Positions 20,263-31,112 of a stretch of 64,000 nt of DNA are shown here, piece after piece. Under the pieces are notes generated by a model that did no database searches, was not told the DNA's origin, and saw only the letters and a program-made list of their open reading frames with translations. Each line of letters opens with the position of its first letter. Position 1 is the first letter of the stretch. The translations under genes and the position numbers were made by a program. Source of the DNA: Candidatus Poribacteria bacterium (lineage in GTDB: Bacteria; Poribacteria; WGA-4E; PCPOR2b); contig OZ240245.1 of NCBI GenBank assembly GCA_965198175.1, positions 2,880,001 through 2,944,000 on the forward strand. Direction: 5' to 3'.

Positions 20263-21747
20263 TCATCGGCTCAATCTCAACTGTTCAAGAAACACCGACG
20301 CGACCTCCCGATCATCGAAATGAAACCGTTGTCCATTAATTTCTTGATAAGGCTCATGCCCTTTTCCTGCGATGGCGACAAAGTCGCCTGGCTTTGCCAA
20401 GCATATCGCATGAGCAATAGCCTCTTTCCGATTCACGATCTGAACGTAGTTCGCACCATCTGGCAAGCCGTCCACAATATCAGCGATGATTAAATCGGGG
20501 TCTTCAGTACGCGGGTTGTCGGAGGTAATTACGCTGTAATCGGCGATTGTGACGGAAATCGTACCCATCTGCGGACGTTTGGCGGAATCTCGATCTCCTC
20601 CACAGCCAAACACGCAGATTAACCGCCCCATCGTAATCTTTCGAGCGGCAGTCAGAAGATTTTCGAGACCGTCCGGTGTATGTGCGTAATCCACAACGAC
20701 CGCGAAATCCTGACCCTTTTCAACCCGCTCAAATCGTCCCGGCACGATTGTTGATTCAAGTCCTTCTCTGATTGTTTGTAGAGAACAACCGTGATGCAAC
20801 CCCACTCCTATTGCGGCAAGCGCGTTGTAAAGATTGTAATCCCCTAACAACTGCAGTTTCACGCGGATGTTTCCCGATGGCGTAATTGCGGTAAAAATGA
20901 GTCCGTTAAGCGTTGACTCTACATCACGAACGGTAAGATTGGCTCGACTTCTGACGCCATATGTCAAGATGCTATCCTGATTCACTATTAGGCTTATTCG
21001 CTGTCGAATTAGATCAGAAACGGTAGCGTCAGCATTGAGAATTGCCATCCCGTCTTGAGATCGAAGCTGCTGAAATAGCATGAGTTTAGCATCAAGATAG
21101 TTTTCCATCGTCCGATGGTAGTCGAGGTGATCTTGCGTTAAATTTGTAAAAACAGCCGTCTCAAACGTAAGGCCCGCCAACCGATGCTGCGCTAGTCCTT
21201 GAGACGAAGTTTCCATGATAGCATATCCTATGTCGGCAGCAGCAATCTTGGCAAATAACCCATGCAGGGCAAGTGGATCTGGAGTTGTTGTAGCAGCTGG
21301 AATGGATACATTCCCATAGCGATGACTAACCGTACCCATGATTGCGGATTTGATGCCGGCAGTTTTGAAGATGGAATGCACAAAGTACGCGGTCGAGGTC
21401 TTGCCGTTCGTTCCAGTGATACCAATCAGTTTCAGCTTAGTGGCGGGGGTATCGTACCAATTGGCTGCGATAACTGACAGCGCAATTCGTCCATTCGGTG
21501 TTTGAATGTAAGTCACATTTGGCGGAAGGCCATTTGAAGGCAGTTTTTCACCGACAATTACAGTTGTACCATTTTGGATTGCCTGCTGAATAAATGTGTG
21601 TCCATCGACTTTGACACCCTCATAGCAGACGAAAGCACATCCTGGCTGTACCTCGCGATGATCGCTGACAACGCTACCAATTTCTCGATCAATAGCGCCA
21701 ACTGAGGAGAATACGTCTACACCGCGGAGTAAACTTTGGAGATTCAC
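20263..21747 (-). CDS. murE: UDP-MurNAc-L-Ala-D-Glu--meso-DAP ligase
   Basis: ITGTNGKT, TTPD, NLTQDHLDYH, DYAHTPDG, DNPR (DAP-type motif), AGKGHE. Confidence 0.97.
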   Translation of the reverse strand: MNLQSLLRGVDVFSSVGAIDREIGSVVSDHREVQPGCAFVCYEGVKVDGHTFIQQAIQNGTTVIVGEKLPSNGLPPNVTYIQTPNGRIALSVIAANWYDTPATKLKLIGITGTNGKTSTAYFVHSIFKTAGIKSAIMGTVSHRYGNVSIPAATTTPDPLALHGLFAKIAAADIGYAIMETSSQGLAQHRLAGLTFETAVFTNLTQDHLDYHRTMENYLDAKLMLFQQLRSQDGMAILNADATVSDLIRQRISLIVNQDSILTYGVRSRANLTVRDVESTLNGLIFTAITPSGNIRVKLQLLGDYNLYNALAAIGVGLHHGCSLQTIREGLESTIVPGRFERVEKGQDFAVVVDYAHTPDGLENLLTAARKITMGRLICVFGCGGDRDSAKRPQMGTISVTIADYSVITSDNPRTEDPDLIIADIVDGLPDGANYVQIVNRKEAIAHAICLAKPGDFVAIAGKGHEPYQEINGQRFHFDDREVASVFLEQLRLSR

Positions 21748-21804
21748 ATCATAGTACCTACATTTTCAGACAGTATAGCGGGGAATTCCGACTTCACCGT
21801 TCTC

Positions 21805-23535
21805 TCAATTCGTATCATAGACGTCTACGTCCGTTGTTCTTTGGGCGAACAGATCTTTGTGGGTCAGATAGCGCATCACCTGGTCGGCAATATCTCGGAA
21901 AATCGGAGCGGTGACTCTACTACTCAGCGGAGCCCCAGCAGGTTCGTCAACGACAACAATAATTGAAATCTGCGGATCTTCGGCAGGAAGAAAACCTGCA
22001 AAACTGGTAATGACTTTGCCGTTCACATACCCTTTACCTTTTTCCGCTTTCTGTGCTGTACCTGTTTTACCGGCTACGCGGTATCCCCTTACCCGTGCGT
22101 GTATGCCACCGCCAAGTTCCGTGACCCTGACAAGCATGTCGGTGATTGTCTCCGCTGTTTCGGGCGACATCACACGGCGAATCGGTGTTGGGTGAAAACG
22201 CTTCAGCGGACCTCCATTGCTATCAAGAATCTGTTGGGTCACATAAGGTTTTAGCAGGACGCCACGCGTAGCGATTGCGTTCATGGCATTCAACATTTGG
22301 ATTGCTGTCACGGAAATACCCTGACCGAAAGGCACCGTAGCCATCGAATAGTCATCCCACTTGCGAAACCCTCTTAGGCTACCGTCCTGCTCGTAGGGCA
22401 AATCTATACCCGTTTTCTGCCCAAAGCCGAAACGTCGCGTATAATCCTCTAGACGCTCTTTCTTGAGACTATTCGCAACCTTGAGGATACCGATATTACT
22501 CGATTTTTGAATCACCTCCGTGAGCGTTAGCCAGGTGTTCGGCTTAATATCGTTGATGACATGCCCATTCGGCAAACGGTACCTCCCCATTTCGCAATAC
22601 ACCTGCGAATCGGCTGACATGACTTTTTCGTTGATTGCGGCTGAAGCCGTGACAACCTTAAACACTGAACCCGGTTCATACTGTGCCCAGATTGCGAGGT
22701 TTCGTTTGGATGACTCTTTACTCTGAGAATAGCGGTTTGGGTTATAGCTCGGATAATTCGCCATCGCTAGGATTTCACCGCTTTTCGAGTGCATGACGAT
22801 TACCGAACCCGATTTGGCACGCCATTTCTTACATCCTGCAATTAGTTCTTTCTCCGCAACATATTGAATAGATTCATCAAGTGTAAGGACAATGTTATTA
22901 CCATGCGCCGCTGCGTCCGGAAGAAGATCTAAAGGGCTACTAGAGGGTGCGTTCGCATTCACAGAATCGACCGTCGACTCCAATTCTTGAGGTGCCAAAT
23001 AGGCGTTGTGTTGATGTTCAATCCCTTCAATGCCTTCATTCGCAAAATCCGTATAGCCGACAATGTGACACCCCAGTTCGCCTTTAGGATAACGCCGCTT
23101 TCCAGCAACCTCATATTTTAATCCATAAATATCTTTCGTGATCCCCCGAAGGTCCTTCAAAAGACTGTAATCCAAATTCCGGACAAGCGGAACGTACTGT
23201 CTATCCTTTTTCCGAAGCTGCGACAGCAATTTAGATTCTGTAGTCCCTAGCACAGGAGCAAGTTTACGGGCAACCTCATGAGGTTCAACTTTCATAACTT
23301 TAGGATCCGCAACAACTGAAACCAAGTCTTGATTGATTGCAAATACACTACGTTGCCGATCGAGAATCTTACCACGCTTAATTTGAGACTTCGCCTGAGT
23401 AGGTCGTAGTTTCCGCAAGAGCGACTCACGCTGAACACACTGAATCAGAAAGAGTCTACCAATCAGCACAACCATGCAGATCTCTAAGACAATGAGTATC
23501 TTTACAATTCGGGAAGAATGGATGGTTCGAATCAT
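21805..23535 (-). CDS. ftsI: Class B penicillin-binding protein (FtsI/PBP3)
   Basis: RGKILDR, YEPGSVFK (SxxK), SSN, KTGT; dcw position. Confidence 0.92.
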   Translation of the reverse strand: MIRTIHSSRIVKILIVLEICMVVLIGRLFLIQCVQRESLLRKLRPTQAKSQIKRGKILDRQRSVFAINQDLVSVVADPKVMKVEPHEVARKLAPVLGTTESKLLSQLRKKDRQYVPLVRNLDYSLLKDLRGITKDIYGLKYEVAGKRRYPKGELGCHIVGYTDFANEGIEGIEHQHNAYLAPQELESTVDSVNANAPSSSPLDLLPDAAAHGNNIVLTLDESIQYVAEKELIAGCKKWRAKSGSVIVMHSKSGEILAMANYPSYNPNRYSQSKESSKRNLAIWAQYEPGSVFKVVTASAAINEKVMSADSQVYCEMGRYRLPNGHVINDIKPNTWLTLTEVIQKSSNIGILKVANSLKKERLEDYTRRFGFGQKTGIDLPYEQDGSLRGFRKWDDYSMATVPFGQGISVTAIQMLNAMNAIATRGVLLKPYVTQQILDSNGGPLKRFHPTPIRRVMSPETAETITDMLVRVTELGGGIHARVRGYRVAGKTGTAQKAEKGKGYVNGKVITSFAGFLPAEDPQISIIVVVDEPAGAPLSSRVTAPIFRDIADQVMRYLTHKDLFAQRTTDVDVYDTN

Positions 23536-23556
23536 TTTCCTTTAGACTAACAATCG

Positions 23557-23856
23557 TCAGTTGTTGTCATCCTGAAGTATCTGGGCTGGCTCAGAAGGCT
23601 GAATCATTTTGAGTTTTTTAGCGATTTTATGAATGCGTTCTATCGAAGTCAATTCTGCTTCCTGCATTTCAAGTTTGCTGATTTCGTCGAGTAAGAATTT
23701 CCGATGTGGCTCAAGTTCCTCACGAACTTCCTCAGCAATCTTGTTTTGATAGGAGGAAAACCACACGGTCACAAAGAAGATGCACACATACAATGCTAGG
23801 ACACAGTATGCAAATGGAGTCAGTTTTTTCGACGTTCTCAACCTTAGACGTTTCAT
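23557..23856 (-). CDS. ftsL: Cell division protein FtsL-like
   Basis: Small bitopic protein with coiled coil and ERIHKIAKKLKM..P motif, between rsmH and ftsI. Confidence 0.8.
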   Translation of the reverse strand: MKRLRLRTSKKLTPFAYCVLALYVCIFFVTVWFSSYQNKIAEEVREELEPHRKFLLDEISKLEMQEAELTSIERIHKIAKKLKMIQPSEPAQILQDDNN

Positions 23857-24079
23857 AGAATATCTGAATACAATAATAGAAAGATTATGTGTGTGCTTTA
23901 CCCAATCGCTAAAATCTGTTCAGTGAAGCAAAAGATAGCAACTTGTGCCAGTTCGGGGAATGCTTAAATTCCCGACGATGCGTACAATTTCTTCACCATG
24001 AATCTAGCAAGAAATCTTACCGTGTGAAGTGAGATGGAATTGATTTTCTACTAATTATAGAAGACGCTCAATTGATGAT

Positions 24080-25054
24080 TTAAGATTCACAGATCTTCAT
24101 CGCAGCGCGCAATTTTGCACTGCGACATCGGGGGTTTTTCCGAATTTCATCAGGCTGTGGAGTAATTGGACGTTTCGTGAGTATTTGAAGAGACGGCTTG
24201 TGATGGCAAACACAGATTGGCGTTTTAGGTGGACAGACGCAGGAGCAGGAAAGTTTACGAAATCGTTGTTTTACAATCCGATCCTCAAGCGAATGGAATG
24301 AAATGACACAAATGCGTCCACCCGGCGCTAATGCTGAAACCGCACAATCCAAACCTAATTGAAGACGCATTAATTCATCGTTGACATAAATTCTGAGCGC
24401 CTGAAAAACTCGTGTTGCATTGTGGATACGCGACGTCCTTGCCTTTGGGGGAATTGCCGACTGGACAATCTCAGCAAGTTGAAGCGTGGTGGTGATGGGT
24501 CGGTTTTTTCGACATTGAACGATTCGGTGAGCGATGTTCCGCGCATAGCGTTCTTCGCCAAAATCCCAAAAAATGCCAGTTAGCTTTTCCTCGCTGCTCC
24601 TTTTTACAACCTCTTCCGCAGACAGTGACTGACATGGATTCATACGCATATCTAGCGGACCAGAGTGAGTAAAACTAAATCCACGATCCGGCCTATCAAG
24701 TTGCAGGGATGAAACACCCAGATCCAATAAGACTCCATCGACATCAGTTACTGAATGTGTTTCAAGAATCACATCCAAATGAGCGAAGTTTCCATGAACC
24801 AAAGTCCACTGGCCCCTGAATCCACTAAGATTTTCCCTGGCGATCGCCAATGCCTCTGAATCCAAATCGACCCCGAGGAGGTACCCGTCCGGCGCACACG
24901 CCCGTAATATGGAAGCCGAATGTCCCCCTAACCCGACTGTGCCATCAATATAATAACCATCCTCCTTCGGTTGTAACAATTCAATTACTTCATTGACTAA
25001 GACCGATATGTGTGCCGTCTCTATCTCCTCCTGAAACTTCTCGACCGACGACAT
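24080..25054 (-). CDS. rsmH: 16S rRNA m4C1402 methyltransferase
   Basis: HISVL, DGTVGLGGHS, DLGVSS, LDMRM, FQALRI, SFHSLEDR, RSAKLR. Confidence 0.98.
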   Translation of the reverse strand: MSSVEKFQEEIETAHISVLVNEVIELLQPKEDGYYIDGTVGLGGHSASILRACAPDGYLLGVDLDSEALAIARENLSGFRGQWTLVHGNFAHLDVILETHSVTDVDGVLLDLGVSSLQLDRPDRGFSFTHSGPLDMRMNPCQSLSAEEVVKRSSEEKLTGIFWDFGEERYARNIAHRIVQCRKNRPITTTLQLAEIVQSAIPPKARTSRIHNATRVFQALRIYVNDELMRLQLGLDCAVSALAPGGRICVISFHSLEDRIVKQRFRKLSCSCVCPPKTPICVCHHKPSLQILTKRPITPQPDEIRKNPRCRSAKLRAAMKICES

Positions 25055-25121
25055 GACTAGTTAATCCTCAGCCCGCGTGACCTTCTGAACCTCCATAAGC
25101 TTTTACCTTCATCAAGAATTT

Positions 25122-25149
25122 ATTATATCATAGGTATAGACAGTGTCAA
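25122..25149 (-). promoter_or_regulatory. Putative sigma70 promoter of the dcw run
   Basis: Minus strand TTGACA-16 bp-TATAAT with extended TG. Confidence 0.7.
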
Positions 25150-25177
25150 GCTAAAATCTTCAGTCGTGTGATCTCCG

Positions 25178-25206
25178 TTGACACCATTTTGCCGATATGT
25201 TATTCT
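25178..25206 (+). promoter_or_regulatory. Putative divergent sigma70 promoter for the SDR gene
   Basis: TTGACA-17 bp-TATTCT with extended TG. Confidence 0.6.
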
Positions 25207-25312
25207 ATTTGAAAAGATTAACTACACGAAGTAAATCTCCGGCGGATTATCGGAAGCAAAAATGGCAGCTACACAAGTAGTTTGTCTACCGGCTTGTAAG
25301 GAGAAAGATACT

Positions 25313-26062
25313 ATGAGACTTGCAGACAAAGTTGCAATAATCACAGGAGGCGCCTCTGGAATTGGACAAGCAACCGCCCTTTTGTTTGCGAAGGAGGGGG
25401 CGAAGATTGTTGTGGCAGATGTGAATGAGACGGGCAGTCATGAAACGGTAGATCAGATTCGATCAGCCGGTGGCAAAGCAATCTCCGTCCTCACCGACGT
25501 AACTTCAGCCAAAGATGTTGAAGCCTTGGTGCAATCTGCATGCAACGCTTACGACAAACTAGATGTGTTGTTCACCGGTGCCGGAATCGCAATGCGCCTT
25601 CCTGTCGTGGAATTGCCGGAGGAAGATTGGGACCGCTGCATCGCTATCAATTTGAAAGGGATTTATCTCTGTTGCAAATACGCGATACCCGAAATGATAA
25701 AGAACGGTGAGGGGGCGATTATCAGTGTGTCGTCAATCTACGGAATTGTTGGAGCCAAGAACCGCGCTGCTTACCTGGCCTCCAAAGGAGGTGTTGCCAA
25801 TCTGACGCGCGGTATGGCGCTAGACTACGCCGCCGATAACATTCGCGTCAACTGCATCTGTCCCGGATTCACGGATACACCGCTTGTTCGAAACATCGTA
25901 AAAACGCAGGCAGAATATCAGGCCCTTGCAGAACAACACCCGATGAGCCGTCTCGCCACACCACTGGACATTGCTTACGGCGCACTGTACTTGGCATCTG
26001 ACGAAGCCTCCTTCGTCACCGGAATCGCCCTGCCAATTGACGGAGGGTACACGGCGGGATAG
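25313..26062 (+). CDS. SDR-family NAD(P)-dependent oxidoreductase
   Basis: TGGASGIG, YLASK (YxxxK), NCICPG, IDGG; AAGGAG RBS upstream of ATG 25313. Confidence 0.95.
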   Translation: MRLADKVAIITGGASGIGQATALLFAKEGAKIVVADVNETGSHETVDQIRSAGGKAISVLTDVTSAKDVEALVQSACNAYDKLDVLFTGAGIAMRLPVVELPEEDWDRCIAINLKGIYLCCKYAIPEMIKNGEGAIISVSSIYGIVGAKNRAAYLASKGGVANLTRGMALDYAADNIRVNCICPGFTDTPLVRNIVKTQAEYQALAEQHPMSRLATPLDIAYGALYLASDEASFVTGIALPIDGGYTAG

Positions 26063-26185
26063 AGAAAAGGCAAGGAAGAATAGAAAACTAAGAAGCGTAG
26101 AGAATTGGGAGTTCGAGTTCAGGAGCCGGCGAGATGGATTCATTCGTGCACCATGTTTCGCATTTCGATGGGGAAATGGTTGAAA

Positions 26186-29017
26186 ATGAAACTTTGGACA
26201 AAACTGTGCTTTGTTGCGTTTCTCTTCTTGCTGATTAACAGTACGTATAAGATTAGCTTCGGAGAACCGACAATATTCTACATTGCGAATGGGTTGATTC
26301 ACATTCTCCTCGGTGTTGCCCTGATCATCCCGTTCATCGGCTTTGCCTACAAGCATTTCGTCGCTTTGGCCGTGGTCGGCAAAAGTGGGATAGTCTTGCT
26401 TGGTATTGGAGCAGTTTCGGGCGGTTACTTGATGTTTGTCGGTGCGACTACACCCTATCGTTGGCTGCTCACCCTCCATATAATCACCGTGACGCTCGGT
26501 ACAATTCTATTTATCGGAGACCTGTTCATCCGTGCAAGACAGCCCACCGCGTCGTATCAGTTGCGGAAAGCGGCGAATGGGGGGGTAGTTGTCCTCGGCA
26601 TCGTGCTCTTCTTTCCAATCGGGGCGAAAATCATCCAGCATTATCTCCCAAACCCAGACTACCTCGTTCAAAATCCGCTGTCTCCGCCAACCAGCATGTA
26701 TGAGGAAGGAGGCGGCACTGATGGTCCGTTTTTCCCCGGCTCCGTCGAGACATACACTGGCAATTTAATCCACAAGGACTTCTTCTTAACCTCCGAAACC
26801 TGTGCCGAGAGTGGGTGTCACTCGGACATCTATGAGCAGTGGAACGAATCAGCGCACCATTTTGCATCCTTCAATAATCAATGGTACCGCAAATCTATTG
26901 TGTACATGCAAGATGTGAACGGAATTCCACCGTCCAAATGGTGCGGCGGGTGTCACGATCTCGCTGTCCTGCTCAACGGCGTGATGGACCGACCAATCCG
27001 CGAAAATTTGCACACCCCTGCCGCACAAGCTGGACTCGCGTGTACAGCTTGTCATTCGATTGAGAAGGTAAAGGATACGATGGGCAACAATGGGTACGTT
27101 ATCAAATATCCCCCTCTTCATGAAATCGCCGCCAGCGACAATCCTGCCATCCGCAAAATCCATAATTACCTCATTCGCCTGGATCCAGAACCACACAAAA
27201 AGAGCTTCCTCAAACCTTTCCATCGCCAGAACACAGCGGAATTCTGCTCAACCTGTCACAAGGTACACCTTGATGAACCCGTCAACAACTTCCGTTGGTT
27301 TCGTGGCTTTAATGACTACGATCAATGGCAATCTAGCGGCGTTTCTCATCAAGGTGCGTTGTCCTTCTACTATCCTGAAAAAGCTAAAAAGTGTACGGAC
27401 TGTCACATGCCGCTTGTTGCCTCAAAAGATGCGGGGAACATTGATGGAAAAGTCCACAATCACCGTTTCCCGGGTGCAAATACGGCGCTGCCCTTTGTCA
27501 ATAAGCATGACGAACAACTCAAGGTTGTCACGGAATTTCTCCAAGACAATCAGGTAACAGTCGATATCTTCTCGTTGAGTCCTGCGACACCGATTAAACT
27601 ATTCAGCGAACCCCGCACTGGCGGTCGTCCTTCCATCTTCAGTATGACGGGCAAAGAAGGCAATGCAGGTCGCGCAGTGGGAACCGTGACAGACGTCGCG
27701 CAGATTACCGCGCCGATTAATCAATCCAATGCGACTGTCAAACGCGGTGAGACAATTCGCATTGATGTAGTTGTTCGCACAAGAGGCGTAGGACACCGAT
27801 TCCCCGCTGGAACCATTGATGCTTTCGATATCTGGGTAGAGTTGAAGGCGACGGACGAAAATGGCAAGATTGTCTTCTGGAACGGGATGATTGAGGCAGA
27901 GGACGGCAATGGTCCCGTTGACGAAAGCGCACACTTCTACCGTGCTTACATGCTGGACGAGCACGGCAATCTTATCAACAAACGCAACGCCTGGGCAACA
28001 CGGACAGTCCTCTACGCACGTACCATCCCACCCGGTGCGGCCGACACGGTTCACTACCGGCTTTCCGTTCCCGCGGATTGTGGAGATAAAATCTACCTGC
28101 ATGCGAAGTTGAATTATCGCAAGTTCAACTGGTGGCACACGCAATGGGCATTCGCAGGAGTTCGAGATCCCGAGGACACCGATTTTAAGCGCGATAAGGG
28201 ATACGATGATGGACGCTGGGTGTTCACTGGAGACACTTCGGATGTCGCCGGCAAAATCAAAGCGATTCCCAACCTGCCAATCGTCACGATGGCAGAGGAC
28301 AAAGCGACGCTTCGCGTGATTGACGCCGATACCAATCCGCCAGAACCTAAAGTAATCGTTGGAAAAAATGACCGCGAGCGCTGGAACGACTATGGCATTG
28401 GTCTCTTCCTTCAAGGGGATCTCAAAGGCGCTGAAGCCGTATTTCGCAAAGTGACCGAGATTGATTCGGAATACATGGACGGCTGGGTGAACATTGCTCG
28501 ATGCCGAATTCGAGAGGGAAACATGAAAGGCGCTGAAGCGGTGCTCCGCAAAGCCTTTGAAATTCAGCAAAATATGTCTCCTGACAATCCGCATCGTGCG
28601 AAAGTGCATTACTTCTATGCCTTGGTCAAAAAGGCGTATGGCGAGTACGATGACGCACTCCGTCAATTGAGGTTCGCTGCTGCACAATTCCCGCGCGACC
28701 GAAGGGTTCGCAATGAGATTGGGCGTCTGCTGTACCTCCAGCGGAAGTACGAAGAAGCGCTTACGGAATTTCAGAAAACCTTGGCAGTTAATCCAGAGGA
28801 TTTGGATGCGCACTACAACATGATGCTCTGCTATCGCGCCCTCAAGAATCAAATGATGGCGGCAAAAGAGGAAAAGTTATACCGGCGATTCAAGGAGGAT
28901 GAATCCGTCGAATCTATTACAGGCGCTGTGCGCCGCACAAATCCCTATGCGAACATCGAACGTCAACAAATTCATGAACACACCTCCGCGTGGGACAAGG
29001 ACAAAACCGTGTACTAA
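26186..29017 (+). CDS. Membrane-anchored multiheme c-type cytochrome with C-terminal TPR domain
   Basis: About four N-terminal TM helices; CGGCH, CTACH, CSTCH, CTDCH plus atypical CAESGCH; TPR-like helices after WNDYGIGLF. Confidence 0.85.
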   Translation: MKLWTKLCFVAFLFLLINSTYKISFGEPTIFYIANGLIHILLGVALIIPFIGFAYKHFVALAVVGKSGIVLLGIGAVSGGYLMFVGATTPYRWLLTLHIITVTLGTILFIGDLFIRARQPTASYQLRKAANGGVVVLGIVLFFPIGAKIIQHYLPNPDYLVQNPLSPPTSMYEEGGGTDGPFFPGSVETYTGNLIHKDFFLTSETCAESGCHSDIYEQWNESAHHFASFNNQWYRKSIVYMQDVNGIPPSKWCGGCHDLAVLLNGVMDRPIRENLHTPAAQAGLACTACHSIEKVKDTMGNNGYVIKYPPLHEIAASDNPAIRKIHNYLIRLDPEPHKKSFLKPFHRQNTAEFCSTCHKVHLDEPVNNFRWFRGFNDYDQWQSSGVSHQGALSFYYPEKAKKCTDCHMPLVASKDAGNIDGKVHNHRFPGANTALPFVNKHDEQLKVVTEFLQDNQVTVDIFSLSPATPIKLFSEPRTGGRPSIFSMTGKEGNAGRAVGTVTDVAQITAPINQSNATVKRGETIRIDVVVRTRGVGHRFPAGTIDAFDIWVELKATDENGKIVFWNGMIEAEDGNGPVDESAHFYRAYMLDEHGNLINKRNAWATRTVLYARTIPPGAADTVHYRLSVPADCGDKIYLHAKLNYRKFNWWHTQWAFAGVRDPEDTDFKRDKGYDDGRWVFTGDTSDVAGKIKAIPNLPIVTMAEDKATLRVIDADTNPPEPKVIVGKNDRERWNDYGIGLFLQGDLKGAEAVFRKVTEIDSEYMDGWVNIARCRIREGNMKGAEAVLRKAFEIQQNMSPDNPHRAKVHYFYALVKKAYGEYDDALRQLRFAAAQFPRDRRVRNEIGRLLYLQRKYEEALTEFQKTLAVNPEDLDAHYNMMLCYRALKNQMMAAKEEKLYRRFKEDESVESITGAVRRTNPYANIERQQIHEHTSAWDKDKTVY

Positions 29018-29212
29018 GTGCTCTGAAGCCCTATCTCGAAAACACCTACCCACTCAAGTTGCTAGAGCGATACGGGATTCAGTCAGATTCGATGAAGTAC
29101 ATCCTTTGCACTTAACCCGTGAAAGTTAGGAAGAAAGAAAAAGCAAAGGATTCGTTAGAATCGCTCTACATAACCGTCTGAGTATCCCATTCCCGTTTAA
29201 CGGAGGTCAAAG

Positions 29213-30160
29213 ATGATAAAAGTCGGCTTTATCGGCGCGGGTCGTCGTGCGCAGAGTAGCCATTACCCATGCGTCGATCGCCTAGACGAGGTCAGCATCG
29301 AGTCTATCGCCGAACTCGACGGAAATCGAATGAAGCAAGTTGTCGAGACATACAACATTCCACGGGCGTTCACAAACTATTTCAGAATGCTCAACGATGT
29401 GGATCTCGACGTTATTTACATCATCATGGGCGAGACGTTCGTAACCCAACCTGCGCTCGACTGCATGAACGCGGGAAAGCATGTGTTTATCGAAAAACCC
29501 GCCGGTGCGAACAGCGATGAAACCCAAGAAATGCTCAATACCGCCATTCGAAATAACGTCTTCTGTATGGTCGGCTATCAACGGCGTTACACTGCAGTGA
29601 CCCAGGAAGCAATGCGGCGAGTAAAAGAAAGGGGTCCCGCAACACTCGCGATAGGAGAATTTCACAAGCTGCTACGCGACGGACCAGGTGCCACCAGCAC
29701 ATTGTGGAACGATGTCTGCCACATCGTAGATCTCGTACGTTATATGGCCGGCAGCAGCGTAGTCGAAGTGCACGCTTATCAAGACAGCCACGCATCAACT
29801 TGGCCGAATTGCTATAACGGTTTGATTCGATTTGCCAACAACGCTGTTGGGATTGTGACCGGGAACCGTTCGTCAGGAGCGCGGTATTTGCGCGCAGAGT
29901 TGCATGGGCTAGGGATTGGCACCTATATGCGAATTCCAGATCAAATCGAAATTTACGAAGACAATAGCGGGCCCCACATCCTATCAGGAGCAGAAATCAG
30001 TGAGACAGATGCTCGCGATGTAGCGAGTTATGAAGGCACATTGGCAATGCACCAGCATTTTGTCCACTGTATTAATAGCGGCGAAACGCCCTGTAGCGAT
30101 ATACGCGATGTCATTCACACCTCAGACCTTGCCGATCAGTTGGAGGGGATGAAGCGCTGA
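29213..30160 (+). CDS. Gfo/Idh/MocA-family oxidoreductase
   Basis: GFIGAG, GKHVFIEKP, VGYQRRY, CHIVD. Confidence 0.92.
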   Translation: MIKVGFIGAGRRAQSSHYPCVDRLDEVSIESIAELDGNRMKQVVETYNIPRAFTNYFRMLNDVDLDVIYIIMGETFVTQPALDCMNAGKHVFIEKPAGANSDETQEMLNTAIRNNVFCMVGYQRRYTAVTQEAMRRVKERGPATLAIGEFHKLLRDGPGATSTLWNDVCHIVDLVRYMAGSSVVEVHAYQDSHASTWPNCYNGLIRFANNAVGIVTGNRSSGARYLRAELHGLGIGTYMRIPDQIEIYEDNSGPHILSGAEISETDARDVASYEGTLAMHQHFVHCINSGETPCSDIRDVIHTSDLADQLEGMKR

Positions 30161-30219
30161 TATCCTTTGGTGCCAGTCCTTTTTGGATCATTAACATCTA
30201 CTATAACGAAGATAACGTC

Positions 30220-31005
30220 TCAAGTCAGGTATTTGCCCGGCGACCGGGTGGGTTCATATTCAGCGTCAGTGCCACGGTGGAGGATAACCTCCGGCACCTC
30301 GTCGGTCCAATAGTTTGGCGCAGTTAACGGTCGAGAGTGCCAGCCCAGCAACAGCGTGCGCCGCTGGGTACTGCGGTTAGCACGCGCTGCATGCAGTACC
30401 CGCCCCTCGCCAATGACGAGAGAACCTGCCTTCGCCGGCACATCCACGGCGTCAGGATGGTCGCAGAACATATATGTGTCGCTCGCTGACACGTGATAGG
30501 CGCCCTGTTCGTGAGCGGGCGTCAGCCGATCGTGTAGCGGAATGCGGCTCAGATGCGTACCCGGAATCACTCGAAAACACCCGTTCTCGACGGTGGTATC
30601 CTCCAGATAATAGGAGAGGAATATATACTGTACCCACGGTGCCACGCTTATCGGGTCGTTCCAACTCATCCAGTCTTGGTGCCAATAGAGTGGCGGTCCA
30701 CCCGGTGGTTTACTGAGGATAATGAATCCGCCGTGCGAACAAAAATCGTCCAGTTGCATCGCCTTTAGCACCTCCCGCGTGGGCTTCCAGTGAATTAGCC
30801 GATCAATTACCGGCTCCGCGCTCCCACGTACTGAAAGGTTAGATCCCTGGTATTTCCATTCTGGGGGGTGTTCTACAGAATCAAGCAACTGGTTCGACGC
30901 CCGCCGCAATTCATTGAGAAAATCCTCGGTCAAGATATTCTCAACCACACAATATCCATCCTTAATCAACTGGCTGCGCTTCTCGAGCGCGACATCATGT
31001 TCCAC
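30220..31005 (-). CDS. Phytanoyl-CoA dioxygenase (PhyH) family Fe(II)/2OG enzyme
   Basis: DGYCVVE, WHQD, NGCFRVIPGTH, LHAARANRS..RR. Confidence 0.9.
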   Translation of the reverse strand: MEHDVALEKRSQLIKDGYCVVENILTEDFLNELRRASNQLLDSVEHPPEWKYQGSNLSVRGSAEPVIDRLIHWKPTREVLKAMQLDDFCSHGGFIILSKPPGGPPLYWHQDWMSWNDPISVAPWVQYIFLSYYLEDTTVENGCFRVIPGTHLSRIPLHDRLTPAHEQGAYHVSASDTYMFCDHPDAVDVPAKAGSLVIGEGRVLHAARANRSTQRRTLLLGWHSRPLTAPNYWTDEVPEVILHRGTDAEYEPTRSPGKYLT

Positions 31006-31112
31006 GATAGCCTAGATCTCCTGTCATTTGAAGATATTTGTTGCATCTGCCCCTCCGCTCGACTTGCCCCAGGTTAACTGGCAGATACGCACATAGCGGT
31101 TATTAATTTTCA

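Noticed and set aside
27599..28852. 417-aa minus-strand ORF
   Set aside because: Antisense shadow wholly inside the multiheme cytochrome gene, with no recognisable motifs.
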